Below are positions 12,828 through 24,554 of a DNA stretch of 39,721 nt, piece after piece. A program made the translations under genes and the position numbers. Below the pieces are notes generated by a model, which saw only the letters and a program-made list of their open reading frames with translations, had not been told where the DNA came from and ran no database searches. Numbering within the stretch: the stretch's first letter is position 1; each line of letters opens with the position of its first letter. This DNA is from Chiloscyllium plagiosum (taxonomy: Eukaryota): positions 11,305,216-11,344,936 of the forward strand of contig NC_057754.1 in the NCBI RefSeq assembly GCF_004010195.1, given 5' to 3'.

Positions 12828-14786
12828 TATAGACAATAGGTGCAGGGGTTGGCCATTCTGCCCTTTGAGCCTGCAGCACCATTCAATATGATCATGGCTG
12901 ATCATTCTTAATCAGTATCCTGTTCCTGACTTATCTCCATAACCCTTGATTCCACTATCCTTGAGAGCTCTATCCAACTCTTTCTTAAATGAATCCAGAG
13001 ACTGGGCCTCCACTGCCCTCTGGGGCAGAGCATTCCACACAGCCACCACTCTCTGGATGAAGACGTTTCTCATCATCTCTGTCCTAAATGGTCTACCCCG
13101 TATTTTTAAGCTGTGTCCTCTGTTTCGGCACTCACCCCGCAGCGGAAACATGTTGCCTGCCGCCAGAGTGTCCAATCCTTTGATCATCTTATATGTCTCA
13201 ACCAGATCCCCTCTCAGTCTTCTAAACTCAAGGGTACACAAGCCCAGTCGCTCCAGTCTTTCAGTGTAAGGTAATCCCGCCATTCCAGGAATTGACCTCG
13301 TGAACCTACGCTGCATTCCCTCAATAGCCAGAATGTCTCTCCTCAAATTTGGAGACCAGAACTGCACACAGTACTCCAGGTGTGGTCTCACCAGGGCCCT
13401 GTACAGCTGCAGAAGGACCTCTTTGCTTCTATACTCAATCCCTCTTGTTATGAAGGCCAGCATGCTATTAGCCTTCTTCACTACCTGATGTACCTGCATG
13501 CTTGCCTTCATTGACTGGTGTACAAGAACACCCAGATCTCTATGTGCTGCCCCTTTACCTAAATTGATTCCACTTAGGTGGTAATCTGCCTTCCTGTTCT
13601 TGCCAACAAAGTGGATAACCATACNNNNNNNNNNNNNNNNNNNNNNNNNNNNNNNNNNNNNNNNNNNNNNNNNNNNNNNNNNNNNNNNNNNNNNNNNNNN
13701 NNNNNNNNNNNNNNNNNNNNNNNNNNNNNNNNNNNNNNNNNNNNNNNNNNNNNNNNNNNNNNNNNNNNNNNNNNNNNNNNNNNNNNNNNNNNNNNNNNNN
13801 NNNNNNNNNNNNNNNNNNNNNNNNNNNNNNNNNNNNNNNNNNNNCATCTTTCCTACCACTGAGGTCAGACTAACTGGTCTGTAATTTCCTGCTTTCTCTC
13901 TCCCACCTTTCTTGAAAAGTGGTATAACATTAGCCACCCTCCAATCCTCTGGAACCGTCTCCGAATCTATCGAACTCTGGAAAATAATCACCAACACATC
14001 CACGATTCTCACACCACCTTCTTCAGTACCCTGGGATGTAGACCATCAGGCCCTGGGGAATTATCAACCTTAAGACCTAACAGTCTCTCCAACACCAATT
14101 CCTGGCAAATGTAAATTCCCTTCAGTTCAGGTCCTTCAGCCACTGTTACCTCAGGGGGATTGCTTGTGTCTTCCCCAGTGAACACAGATCTGAGGTACCA
14201 ATTCAATTCTTCTGCCATTCTTTGTTCCACGTAATATAATCCCCTGTTTCTGTCTTCAAGGGCCCAATTTTAGTCTTAACCATTTTTTTGCCTTTCATAT
14301 ACCTAAAAAAGCTTTTACTATCTTCCTTTATATTTTTGACCAGTTTACCTTCATACCTCATTTTTTTCTCTGCGTATTTCCTTCTTAGTAATCCTCTGTT
14401 GTTCTTTAAAAGCTTCCCAGTCCTCCGTTTTCCCACTTATCTTTGCTATGTTATACTTTTTCTCTTTTAACTTTATATGTTTCTTAACTTCCCTCATCAG
14501 CCACGGCCACCCATGCCTCCTCTTAGGATCTTTCTTCCTTTTTGGAATGAACTGATCCTGCATCTTCTGCATTATACACAGAAATATCTGCCATTGTTCC
14601 TCCACTGTCATCCTTGCTAAGGTATTGCACCATTGAATTTTGGCCAGCTCCTCCCTCATAGCTCCATAGTTCCCTTTATAGAACTAAAAAATTGTCACTT
14701 CCGACTGTACCCTCTCCCTCTCAAATTGCAGATTGAAGCTTATTGTGTTATGGTCACTACTTCCCAATGGCTCCTTCACTTCGAGG
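12828..14786 (-). mobile_element. Relatively young CR1 LINE ORF2 and 3' end spanning an N gap
   Basis: PEDWRVANVIPLFKKG...NYRPVSLTS and LVRPHLEYCVQFWSP in long open frames. Confidence 0.95.
13625..13844. other. Assembly gap
   Basis: Run of N. Confidence 1.
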
Positions 14787-14879
14787 TATAATTTTGAAAT
14801 AAAAAAGAAGCTAGGCTCAATGTGAAGTGATAGTTACACTAAGGAGTGTGAGGCTTTCAGAACCTACCTGGTACAGCAC

Positions 14880-16190
14880 AGGTTTGCTCGGGGTGAATCA
14901 CTGATCCCAGAGCAGACCTGACCCGGTTGTTGGTGACCTAGACAGGATTTTGTAGTCTGCATTCGGCAATGATTTTGGCTGCCAATTTTTAATTTCCTCA
15001 CTCTCCCTCTTCCACTTGTAGATAAGGGTGATACCATCTTTCCTCATGGAATTCACTCATGCTACCTGCCAGAAACATACTGTCATGCATCTCCAGCAAT
15101 CAAAGGGATAGAGGATCAGTCAGCCAAGTTTCCAGAGAAAATGGCCTTGCCCTTCCCTCGATTTCTCTTGGCTCCTGAGGCCAGTTCGAATACAACAGAA
15201 TAAATAAACCTCGGCCAGTAAGCCATCACTTCCGGGTCTTTTAATCTTTTCTAAGGACTTGAGGGCCTTCGTCAGCTCATTCAGAGGTAACGGCTGATCT
15301 AGCCCCTCCCACATGCTGCTGTCTAAGATCTCCATAATACAGAAAGGAACGACTGTGAGGCTGCGCTGTCTGTGGACTTCGTATCGTACAGACTGGCATA
15401 AATGGATTTGCTGATTCTCAGGATGTCAGACTGAGATAATGTTACCTAGTGTGGTGTAAAATTATGTCCCAATACATGTGTGAATCATAATGTAACACAT
15501 GTATTGGGCCAAGCAGTGGAATGTGGTGAAACGGTTAAACATTATGTCCCAATACATGTGTGAATCTAACCGGAATGGAGGTGTTGCTTAGTCCCGTGTG
15601 AATCTTATTACACACCTCCCCGTGTGAATCTTCTTATCTGTATGTAACCAGAATGGAATGTGTTTTTTAGCCTTGCTCTGCTGTTCACATGAATGTTTAT
15701 ATCTGGAAAAGAGTATATCAGCTGGAAAAGTCTCCAGTTCGGTGAGTCTGCTCCAGGGTTACGTTTAACCGCCGAGCGTGGGTTGTTGGCAACCGCTCTA
15801 CGAGAACTGACGGCTCCCAGTTCCGGTAACATGAAGAGTGAGTATAAGCCAGACCCGTTGTAAGTATGAGACCTGGTTGTGGCGACGCTGCGGGGAATAA
15901 AATGCTCATATTCTAGCAGACTCGCCTCTTGGTCGTTTGTTCTGTGTCAGACTACTCTCCTACGAACCTGACCTTGAGAATTTTTTAAAACACCTAGCCA
16001 GTTTCTTTTTCAAGGCTGCTGAGCACAGAGCTCTCCTTGTGTATGTTCTGGAAGAAGCACATCTCCACTTGCTCCATGGTGTGGACTCTGGACCGGAAGA
16101 TTAACTTGTTGGTCTCTGAAGTAGAGAGCATGGTTTGCTGTCTCTTCGCCTCCTGAGATCCTCCGTGACATCACACCCCATTGCCTGCAG
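14880..16190 (-). mobile_element. Tx1/L1-clade LINE ORF2 fragment split by a solo LTR
   Basis: FFQNIHKESSVLSSL... continues across the LTR into ILRISKSIYASLY and LNELTKALKSL...PGSDGLLAEVY. Confidence 0.78.
15450..15992 (+). mobile_element. Solo LTR, 543 bp, TSD CCTAG
   Basis: TG...CA termini; CCTAG at 15445-15449 and 15993-15997; U3-like direct repeats; AATAAA at 15896. Confidence 0.88.
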
Positions 16191-16349
16191 CAGTAATAGG
16201 TTCTGCATGGTTTTATGACATTTGGACAATTTTGTCCTGGTTGCATCTACACACTAGTCATACCCACCCCCCATCTGATTCCTGTGACCCCACACTTTCC
16301 TATTAGGAGTTGCTGCGAAATGGCCAGCTGCTCATTCTTTATCACTGGG

Positions 16350-16750
16350 TGTACACATAAGCCTGACCTTATTTATGCAGCTCCCAGTAACAATACGGTG
16401 ACTGTAAAATGTCTCACAGTGGACCCTGGACTGGAAGATTAGTCCAGGGGCACTAGCCTTGCCAACGCTCCTCCCACTAGCTATGTGGTCACTGTGATTC
16501 AGGTCTCATTTACATACCTCCCAATATCTACATGGTGATTGCAAACAGTCTCAGTGTCCCTGGCCTCAATTGCACAGCCTCCAGTAAAAAGACAGTCTCA
16601 CAGTGACCTTGGCCTCGGGTATCCACATCTCAGTAACTAGACAGTAACAGCCTGCCCTCAGCTAAAGACCACACACCTCTCCCTCCTCCGGCCCAAACGT
16701 ACATACCATCCAGTAACTATAGAGTGACTGTAACCAGTCTCACAGTGAAT
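16350..16750. repeat. Degenerate tandem repeat
   Basis: Recurring CCAGTAAC...GTGACTGTAA...CAGTCTCACAGTG units. Confidence 0.55.
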
Positions 16751-16761
16751 ATGATTGATTC

Positions 16762-16885
16762 AAAGGAGAAAGTGAGGACTGCAGATGCTGGAGTCCCAGA
16801 GTTGAAAAATGTGGTGCTGGAAAAACACAGCAGGCCAGGCAGCATGCGAGGAGCAGGAGAATTGACGTTTCGGGCATAAGCCCTT
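16762..16885 (-). mobile_element. Penelope pseudo-LTR fragment, truncated inside the hammerhead motif
   Basis: Minus strand AAGGGCTTATGCCCGAAACGTCAATT followed by the family 3' end. Confidence 0.75.
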
Positions 16886-17683
16886 ACTCCTACCAGTAAC
16901 TTCCCAATGTCTGTGGCCTGTTTCACAGTCAGCCCAGGCTGATCTGAGTGAATCCTTTGTGTCCTCTTCCATTTAACCCCTGCTTTTGAGAATGCAGCCA
17001 GATGCTCCTCCAGGCTGCAACTGCATTCTCCGCACTGTCTTGGTGCTCCCACATACACCACCTGTCTCTCCCTTTCCGTCCTTAATAGTTCTTGTGAAAT
17101 CCACCCCCTTCCCTGATCCCCACCTTCCAGCTGCAATTTTGGAGAATCCTCACTATGGGCACTGCCACTTCTTCTCCAGCTCATTCATATTTCTTCTCCA
17201 AACAGAAACATGACTCATTGATGGGAAGAAGTGGCAGGTGAATGAGATAAATCATACATCTGAATGCAGATTGCTGTACAACGGTGGGATTAACTTTATT
17301 TTATACGCATAAAAATAGAAGCAGGAAAAATGTCTTTTTATGCATGCAAGCCATTTCACTGAATACAAATGTGCAAAGAAATGATATCTCTGTTTTTTGA
17401 CCAATTTCAACAACACAACATTGGAGAAAGAACATTTGGAAATGATATAGAAACTGCAGAGTTCAATGACTTAGAGGATTACAAATCAAGGTCGGGGAAG
17501 CAAACCATTTCACAAATGGAATGTTTCATTCAGACAGTTAAACCTGTCTTCTTCATTCTTTACTGGTCTCCTTCACATTCAATTTTTTTCTACTCTCTGA
17601 GCCGGCCCCAACATGGATCTCCCTTTCTCTCCCTGGGTATGTAACTTCTTTTTTAGCATGTGCTTGATTTCCAGTGGCCATAC

Positions 17684-17939
17684 TGCAGTGGTTGTGACCA
17701 GGTCAGTCAGTCGTATCTCATAGAATATGAGTTCCCTGACTGTGACTTGGAAGCAGGTAAAGCCATCAAGAAGGTGAATCGATCAGGGAGCCCTGGCTGA
17801 CAGATAAGAAGGGGGAGTGTCAAAGAACCTGACACTTTGATAGCTTTCTTTGAATGAGGCAGTACCAAAGTCAGGGACTGTTCATGTGTATATAAAGGGT
17901 GACTTGGAGACCGACACCAGCCTCATTGTAGTTATTTCA
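17684..17939 (+). mobile_element. Short solo LTR, 256 bp, TSD CATAC
   Basis: TG...CA termini; CATAC at 17679-17683 and 17940-17944. Confidence 0.82.
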
Positions 17940-18321
17940 CATACGTCTCTAGCACTGGGTCTGAATGTTACTGTCTAGCTTCCCATTGTTGTCAAACGTA
18001 TGCAGTGATCAGCTGGGGTAGAATAAGAATGATATGGGGAATGTGGGACCACTATTGGGTTGCATTTGCAGAAGTGTTGATGGATAGGAAAAAAGAGGTT
18101 GCGAATTGAATTGGTTTTGACTGTGAGGGATTCTTGAATTTAATGAATTGATAATTGACTTTTTTCTTGAATGACATCTGAAATGATTCATTGAATGATA
18201 AGCATGAAGGATATCAGTGTATATTGGTACATTCGGATTATTATACTGATTTGAAATGTGATAGAGGTACTCGAATAGGCACAGACCCCATTTACAGAAA
18301 ATCCCAGATTCCTTAATAGAT

Positions 18322-18963
18322 TTATTGTATCCTTGGTGTCTGTTCGATGAAATATTCCGGTGCACAACATTCTGTACACCTGAGTGAACCTTCTACGTCA
18401 CACCTTCTGACATGAAACCCGGTATTCTCCACTGCAGCCAGCTTATCCTGGTGTCGGCTCCGATCTGCATCATGTGCAAATATTTCACTGAAGACAAAAT
18501 ACTTGTGAATGTCTGGTTCAGTTCATATGTCCCGAAATGGGGAATTTTGCAAGGCAGAGATGATCTCTCAGTTCTCGTGTTACTGAAACAGAGGTCTAGG
18601 TATGGGCTATAGGTGGTGTAGAGAATGATACAGCCCACTGGTTCATTAGTGTTCTGGGTTCTGTTGTTCAGCAGATTTTGGAAAAGCTGAGCCGCATTGC
18701 CGTTCTTGTTATTCTGGTTGGGGTTCAGCAACTTACTTTCTGGGCAACGACTGCCGCTGTTCGGGAAGACAGTGGGGTAATTTCTGCCTGGGTTCTTAAG
18801 GAAAAAGTTCACATCGTTGGTAATAAGAGGATGTATTTAGCCGCTGGGGTTCAAGTCTACATCTGTGTTGCTTCCTCCGAACTGGGAAGCAGGTAAACTC
18901 ACCAGGAAGGCAAAATGTCCGCTGCCACAATGGGTCATCTCTTGCCCGGCCAGAAGGTGGAAA
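18322..18963 (-). pseudogene. SNAD-like (secreted novel AID/APOBEC-like deaminase) catalytic exon, pseudogenized
   Basis: TTTTCAG acceptor at 18970-18964; reconstructed GHFAFLVSLPASQ...RCPESKLL...GCIILYTTYSPYLDLCF / IISALQ...KYFVFSEIFAHD...FHVRRCD...RCTEC; stops at 18839-18837 and 18525-18523; frameshift near 18590-18567. Confidence 0.72.
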
Positions 18964-19399
18964 CTGAAAAGGGTGAAATCAGGTTGTGAGTCATGGGACG
19001 GAATTAGGGTAAAACATTCTCTTTTTAGTGAATGGGTCCAATTTGAGATGAGTTACTTGGCACATTGCTTCTCATATTAGAGAAAACATGAAGCACTACA
19101 ATTCACAATTCGAATTTTGCATGGATAGATCAATGCTGATGTACTGTTTTTTCCCTGTCCAAGTGTTCTAGTAAATTGTGGGACCACAAACATCGATGAG
19201 AGGTTTAAAGAGAGAGCCAGGGCGACAGGTAATGTGATGGAGAGAAATTAAAGTAACTGCAGCGGAAACAGCCAAAAGAGTAGGTACGAAGATGGAGAGA
19301 AAATAATGAGGAAGAAACAATGGGGTGTGTGGTTGAGATTGCGAGGAAGAAAAAGAGATGTGAACTGGTAGGACACGCCTCATGTCCACTTCCCTGCCC

Positions 19400-21020
19400 T
19401 TTCCCTGTCTCCCTTAGTTCTCCTACTGATCAAGAATCTACCTCGGCCTTAAATATACACAAGGGCTCTGCCCCCGCAGTTCTCTGTGGCAAAAATGTTC
19501 AAAAACACAGAACCTTGTAGAAAAAGAAATTCCTCCTCACCTCACTGTTAGCTTGATATACAACTAGATAGAAAGATGGTGTGCTCTATTTGCGACGAAA
19601 GAGGGGTGGTAGCTCAAACTCAGAGAAAAGGGATGCAAAGAGAACTGGAGAGCGTAAGAATTTGGACAGCCATAAAACCATTGGGGCCACTCGATCCCTG
19701 TTTGGCCATCCATAAGATCATTCATTCTCAGTGTTTTCAATTCCACTTTCACATCTTACCCTAATTATCTTCTCTCTCAAGATTATCCATCTCCGCCTTA
19801 ACATTCAAGGCAATTGTCTCTACGGCCTTGTGAGGTAGAAATTCCAATGCCAAACAGCTCTCTGAGAGAAAAAATACCCTAATCTGTCCAGAAAGAGGGA
19901 TACCTAATTTTGAAACATTGCCCCTATCTCTGTACTAACCCACAAGATTAAACATCCTTTTCTCATCTGTCCAGTAAAAAAAATTAATGCAGTCATTGCT
20001 GACTCCTGTAAATCATAGTGAACAGCAGGAGAGTCTGTGCAATGTTATCTCAAGAGACAGCTTGTCAATTAAAAGTGTCAACTTAGGAAGCACCTTCCGC
20101 ACTATTTCCAACATATCTCCATTCTACCTAAACCAAGAAGACCAAAACCACAGAGTATTTCAGTCTTAGCCTCACCACTTCCTGTAGAACTGAAGCAGAA
20201 CGTTATTACTCATCTTTGTGCAGTTCCTCCTGCAATAAATCACAGAATGCTACTAGCCGCCTTAATAATTTTCTGTAGCTTCATTTTATTTCACTATGAT
20301 TCACTACTTGCCTCAATGTCACAAACGATCATGATAGATAGATGGATAAGAGCATAAGAACCAAGAGCAAGAGTAGGCCGACTGACCCTTCGAGTCTGGT
20401 CTGCCATTCAGTAAGATCATGGCTGTTCTTTTCATGGACTTAGATCCACTTCCCCACGCTCTCACTGATAAGAACATGAAAATAATTTCACTGTGATTCA
20501 GAGCAGTCAACAATGACTGCCTTATAAGTATCGGAATGGGTTTGACTGGACGGACATGGAAAGGATGTTTCCATGACAGTTCAAAACTGTGCATCATCAT
20601 GGCTCATGTAGAGGAGGTAAGGAGGCTTTGGAATTATATAAACAAGGTCAGTAAATTGGTAAACACGCGCTGGGGCAAACGTGATGTTGTCCACATCGAT
20701 AGAGAAAAAAAAAATCAGAAAGGCAAATTATGATTCAAATGATGATAGAATTGAGCAATATTGGCATCAGTAAGGAGAGGAGGGATAGGACATTGAGGTA
20801 TGACCTTACAGAGGTATATAAATTCCTGAAAGGCATAGATGAGGTTAAAGGGCAAAGGTATTTTCCCGAGTGCAGAGGAGTTCAAAACTAGGGGGCAGAG
20901 TATTTAGGGGAGAGGCGAGAGATATAGGGGACTGGTAGGGTAACCTTTTCACACAGAGGGTGGTTCATATGTGAATTGAATGCCAGAGAAAGAGTCAGAT
21001 GCTGGTACAGATGCAACATT
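19400..21020. mobile_element. Patchwork of old CR1-type 3' fragments on both strands
   Basis: cataagaa/gatcatggctg-type tails; DLTEVYKFLKGID...FFTQRVV at ~20790-20970. Confidence 0.6.
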
Positions 21021-21022
21021 TA

Positions 21023-22490
21023 TAGAACATGGAACATTACTGGACAGTAGAGGCCCTTCGGCCCTCAATGTTGCGCTGACCTGTGGAACCAATCTGAAAC
21101 CCATTGAACCTATACTATTCCAGTCTTGTCCATATGCCTATCCAATAACCACTTAAATGCCTTAAAGTTGGCGAGTCCCCTACTGTTGCAGGCAGTGCGT
21201 TCCATGCTCCTACTACGCTCTGAGTAAAGAAACTACCGCTGACGTCTGCCCAAAACTATCACACCTCAATTTAAAGCTTTGTCTCCTCGTGTTTGCCATT
21301 GCCATCTGAGGAAAAAGGCTCTCACTGTGCAATCTATCTAACCCTCTGATTATCTTATATGTCTCAATTAAGTCAGCTCTCAATCTTCTCTCGAACGAAA
21401 ACAGCCTCAACCTTTCCTCATGAGACCTACCCTGCGTATCAGGCAACATACTAGCAAATCTCCTCTGAATCCTCTCCAAAGCTTCCACATCCTTCCTGTT
21501 CTGTGGTAACCAGAACTGTATGCAATACTCCAAATGTGGCTGCACCAGGGTTCTGTACAGCTGCCGCATGATGTCATTGTTCCGAAATTCAATCCCTCTA
21601 CCAATAAAAGTTAACACATCGTATGCCTTCTTAAGAACCCTATCAACCTGGGTGGCAACTTTCAAGGATCTATGTATCTGGATACTGAGATCTCTCTGCT
21701 CGTCTACACTACCAAGAATTTTACCATTAGCCCAGTACTCTGCATTCCTGTTACATCTTCCAAAGTGAATCATCTCACAATTTTCTGCATAAAACTCCAT
21801 TTGCCAACTCTCAGCCCAGCTCTGCAGCTTATCTGTATCTCTCTGTAACCTACAACATCCCTTGTCACTATCTACAACTCTACTGACTTTAGTCTCATCC
21901 ACAAATTTACTAACCCATCCTCCTATGCCCTCATCCAGGTCATTTCTGAAAATGACAAACAACAGTGGACCCAAAACATATCTTTGCAGTACCCCACTAT
22001 TAACTGAACTCCAGGATAAATATTTCCCATCAACTACCACCTTCTGTCTTCTTTCATTTAGCCAATTTCTGATCCAAAATGCTAAATCACCCTCAATCCC
22101 ATGCCTCTGTATTTTGTGCAATAGCCTACCATGGGGAACCTTATCAAATGTCTTACTGAAATCCATATACAGCACATCAACTGTTTTATCCTCATCCACC
22201 TGTTTGGTCACCTTCTCAAAGAACTCTATAGGTTTTGTGAGGCATGACCTACTCTTCAGAAAACCATGTTGATTACCCCTAATCAACATATTCCTTTCTA
22301 GATGATTAAAAGTCTTATCTCTTATAACCCTTTCCAACACTTTACCCACAACCGAAGCAAGGCTCATAGGTCTATAATTTCCAGAGTTGTCTCCACTCTC
22401 CTCCTTGAAAAAGGGAAGAACATTAGCTATCCTCCAGTCCGGCACTATTCTTGCAGACAATGGTAACAAAAATCAAAGCCAAAGGCTCCG
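21023..22490 (-). mobile_element. CR1 LINE RT region (418-aa open frame) and 3' end
   Basis: NYRPMSL, QHGF, DFSKTFDKVPH, KFVDETK (catalytic ADD altered), HLEYCIQFW. Confidence 0.95.
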
Positions 22491-22592
22491 CATTTTAAAT
22501 GACATTTGGCAGGCACAAGTATATGAAAAGAGTATTTGCCAAATGGGAATAGTTTAGTTTGGAAACTTGCTGGACATGGACAAGTTAGGGAA

Positions 22593-22772
22593 TAGAACAT
22601 AGAATCCCTACAGTGTGGAAACAAGCACCTCAGCCCAGCATTCCACTCTGACCCTGCGAAGAGCATCCCACCCTGACCTTATTACTTGACATTTAACCCT
22701 GACTAATCACCTAACCTACACACTCCTGAACACTATGGGCAACTTAGCATAGCCAATTCACCTAACCTACAT
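22593..22772 (-). mobile_element. HE1-type SINE 3' half
   Basis: ctatgggcaacttagcatagccaattcacctaacct matches the SINEs at 10637 and 27060. Confidence 0.75.
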
Positions 22773-22789
22773 ATAAGTTTGTGGGATGA

Positions 22790-23268
22790 ATCTATCCTTG
22801 CAGAATTCCATTTTACTTTGATTAAAAACAGCATGTAAGCTTCTGTAAATCCGTTTTTAGATTAGAATCAGTCTGACCATTATGGCACAGACAGTCTCAC
22901 ACTGGGAAGCTCACATCTTCAATACATTATCTGGGCCAACATGATGTCAATTGTGAAAGTTCACTTGAGAATGTAACTTTTAAAAATGTTTTGCGATTTA
23001 CATATGAAAGAACTGAAACCAACATGGTCATTCTAACAGATGAGAAACTTAACAAAAAATCTTTTTTCAATATATAATTTCAGTTACATCACACTGTAAA
23101 CATTTGCTATAAATATTGTGTCATACAATCTTATACTCCACAACCACCTGATGAAGGAGAAGCACTGCAAAAGCTGGTGCTTCCAATTAAACCTGTTCGA
23201 CCATAGTTTGGTGTTGTGTGATTTTTCACTTTGTACACCCCAGTCCAATGCTGGCATCTCAAAATCAT
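22790..23268 (+). mobile_element. Second repeat family 3' end (probably Penelope-like) with a decayed hammerhead core at ~23145-23180
   Basis: CACCTGATGAAGGAGAAGCACTGCAAAAGCTGGTG; homologous to 24100-24270. Confidence 0.6.
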
Positions 23269-23770
23269 GAGAGAGAGGGAGAGAAAGACAGTGATACAGA
23301 CAGAGTTCGTCAGTGACAGAGTAGAAACAGAGAAAGGGAAAGAACAACGAAGATGAACAGAGCGAGACAATGAGAGAGACAACTAGTGTATATGTATGTG
23401 TGACAGCGATGGTGCAAGGTAGAGAGCAGGACAGTGAGAGAATGACAGAGAGAAGAAGAGACTGACAGAGACAGTGAGAGACAAAGAGAGAGATTGGGAG
23501 ACTGTGTGAGAGACAGCTGTGAGATATAAAGAGAGAAATATTGACAGAGAGATAGTGGGGGATTGAGGAACAGTGTGGGGGGGGGGAAGAGTGTGTGTAA
23601 GAGAGAGAGAGAGAGAGAGGGAGAGTTAGTGTGTGTGAGAGAGATATTGAGACACAAAGATCGAGAGAGAGAGAGAGAGAGAGACATCGGGGAAGAAGTA
23701 GGAAGAGTGGCAGTGAGAGATCTATAGTGAGAGAGAGTGTGAGTGAGGGAGAGTCAGTGAAAGAGAAAGA
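23268..23770. repeat. GA-rich low-complexity tract
   Basis: Imperfect (GA)n. Confidence 0.9.
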
Positions 23771-24234
23771 TAAAAATCACACAACACCAGCTTACAGTCC
23801 AACAGGTTTATTTGGAAGTACAAGCTTTTGGAGCATTGCTCCTTTGAAAGGTAGCTAGTGGGGCAGTGTCATAGCAAACAATATTTATAGTAAAAGGTTA
23901 AAGTGTCATACAACTGATAGATGTATTGAACAAACCTAGACTGCTGTTAAGTCGTCAATCACTTTGCACAGCGATGCAAGTTTTGATTCATTAATATGCA
24001 AATGTACATATTAATCAATCAAAAGTGGCAACCCATTCTAAGTGATTAAAGGCTTACCAGCAATTTAGGTTTGTTCAATACATCGCATCAATTGTATGAC
24101 ACTGTGAACTTTTATGAAAAATTCTGTGTGCTATGATCCTACCCCACTAGCTCCTTGATGAAGGAGCAGCGCTCTGAAGGCTAATACTGTCAAATAAATC
24201 TATTTGACAATAACCTGGTATTTTGTGATTTTTA
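23771..24234. repeat. Imperfect ~460-bp palindrome made of two inverted element ends
   Basis: TTTTGATTCATTAATATG (23981) / CATATTAATCAATCAAAA (24007); TAAAAATCAC (23771) / GTGATTTTTA (24225). Confidence 0.88.
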
Positions 24235-24554
24235 ACTTTATCCACCCCAGTCCAACAAGGGCACCTCCCCATGAGAGTAAGAGAAGAGAGAGAGAGAGGC
24301 ACTGAGACAGAAAGAGCAACAGAGAGAGAGAGAAAGTGAGAGAGAGAATGCAAGGGAGGAAGAGTGGGATATAATGAGAGAGGGGGAGAGAGAGAGAGAG
24401 GCGGAGTTCGAACCAAATGGAAAGAAACAGAAAGACAGAGGTTCAAAAAAGATTCACCGATCAGAATCACCTCGTCTCTGAATTAACTACTCTGCCCTTG
24501 TGCCCTCAATTTATGTTATTTTCCATATTGGGCCACTTCTTCTTTTGATTCGGC

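Noticed and set aside
16595..16770. V(D)J recombination signal heptamers CACAGTG
   Set aside because: No nonamer at 12/23 spacing and no Ig/TCR segments; part of a local repeat
16988..17030. Hairpin GAGAATGCAG...CTGCATTCTC
   Set aside because: Single 10-bp stem, too short for a pre-miRNA and without other support
19168..19389. Hydrophobic ORF as the signal-peptide exon of the deaminase-like gene
   Set aside because: Hydrophobicity follows from pyrimidine-rich composition; no in-phase donor without a stop was found
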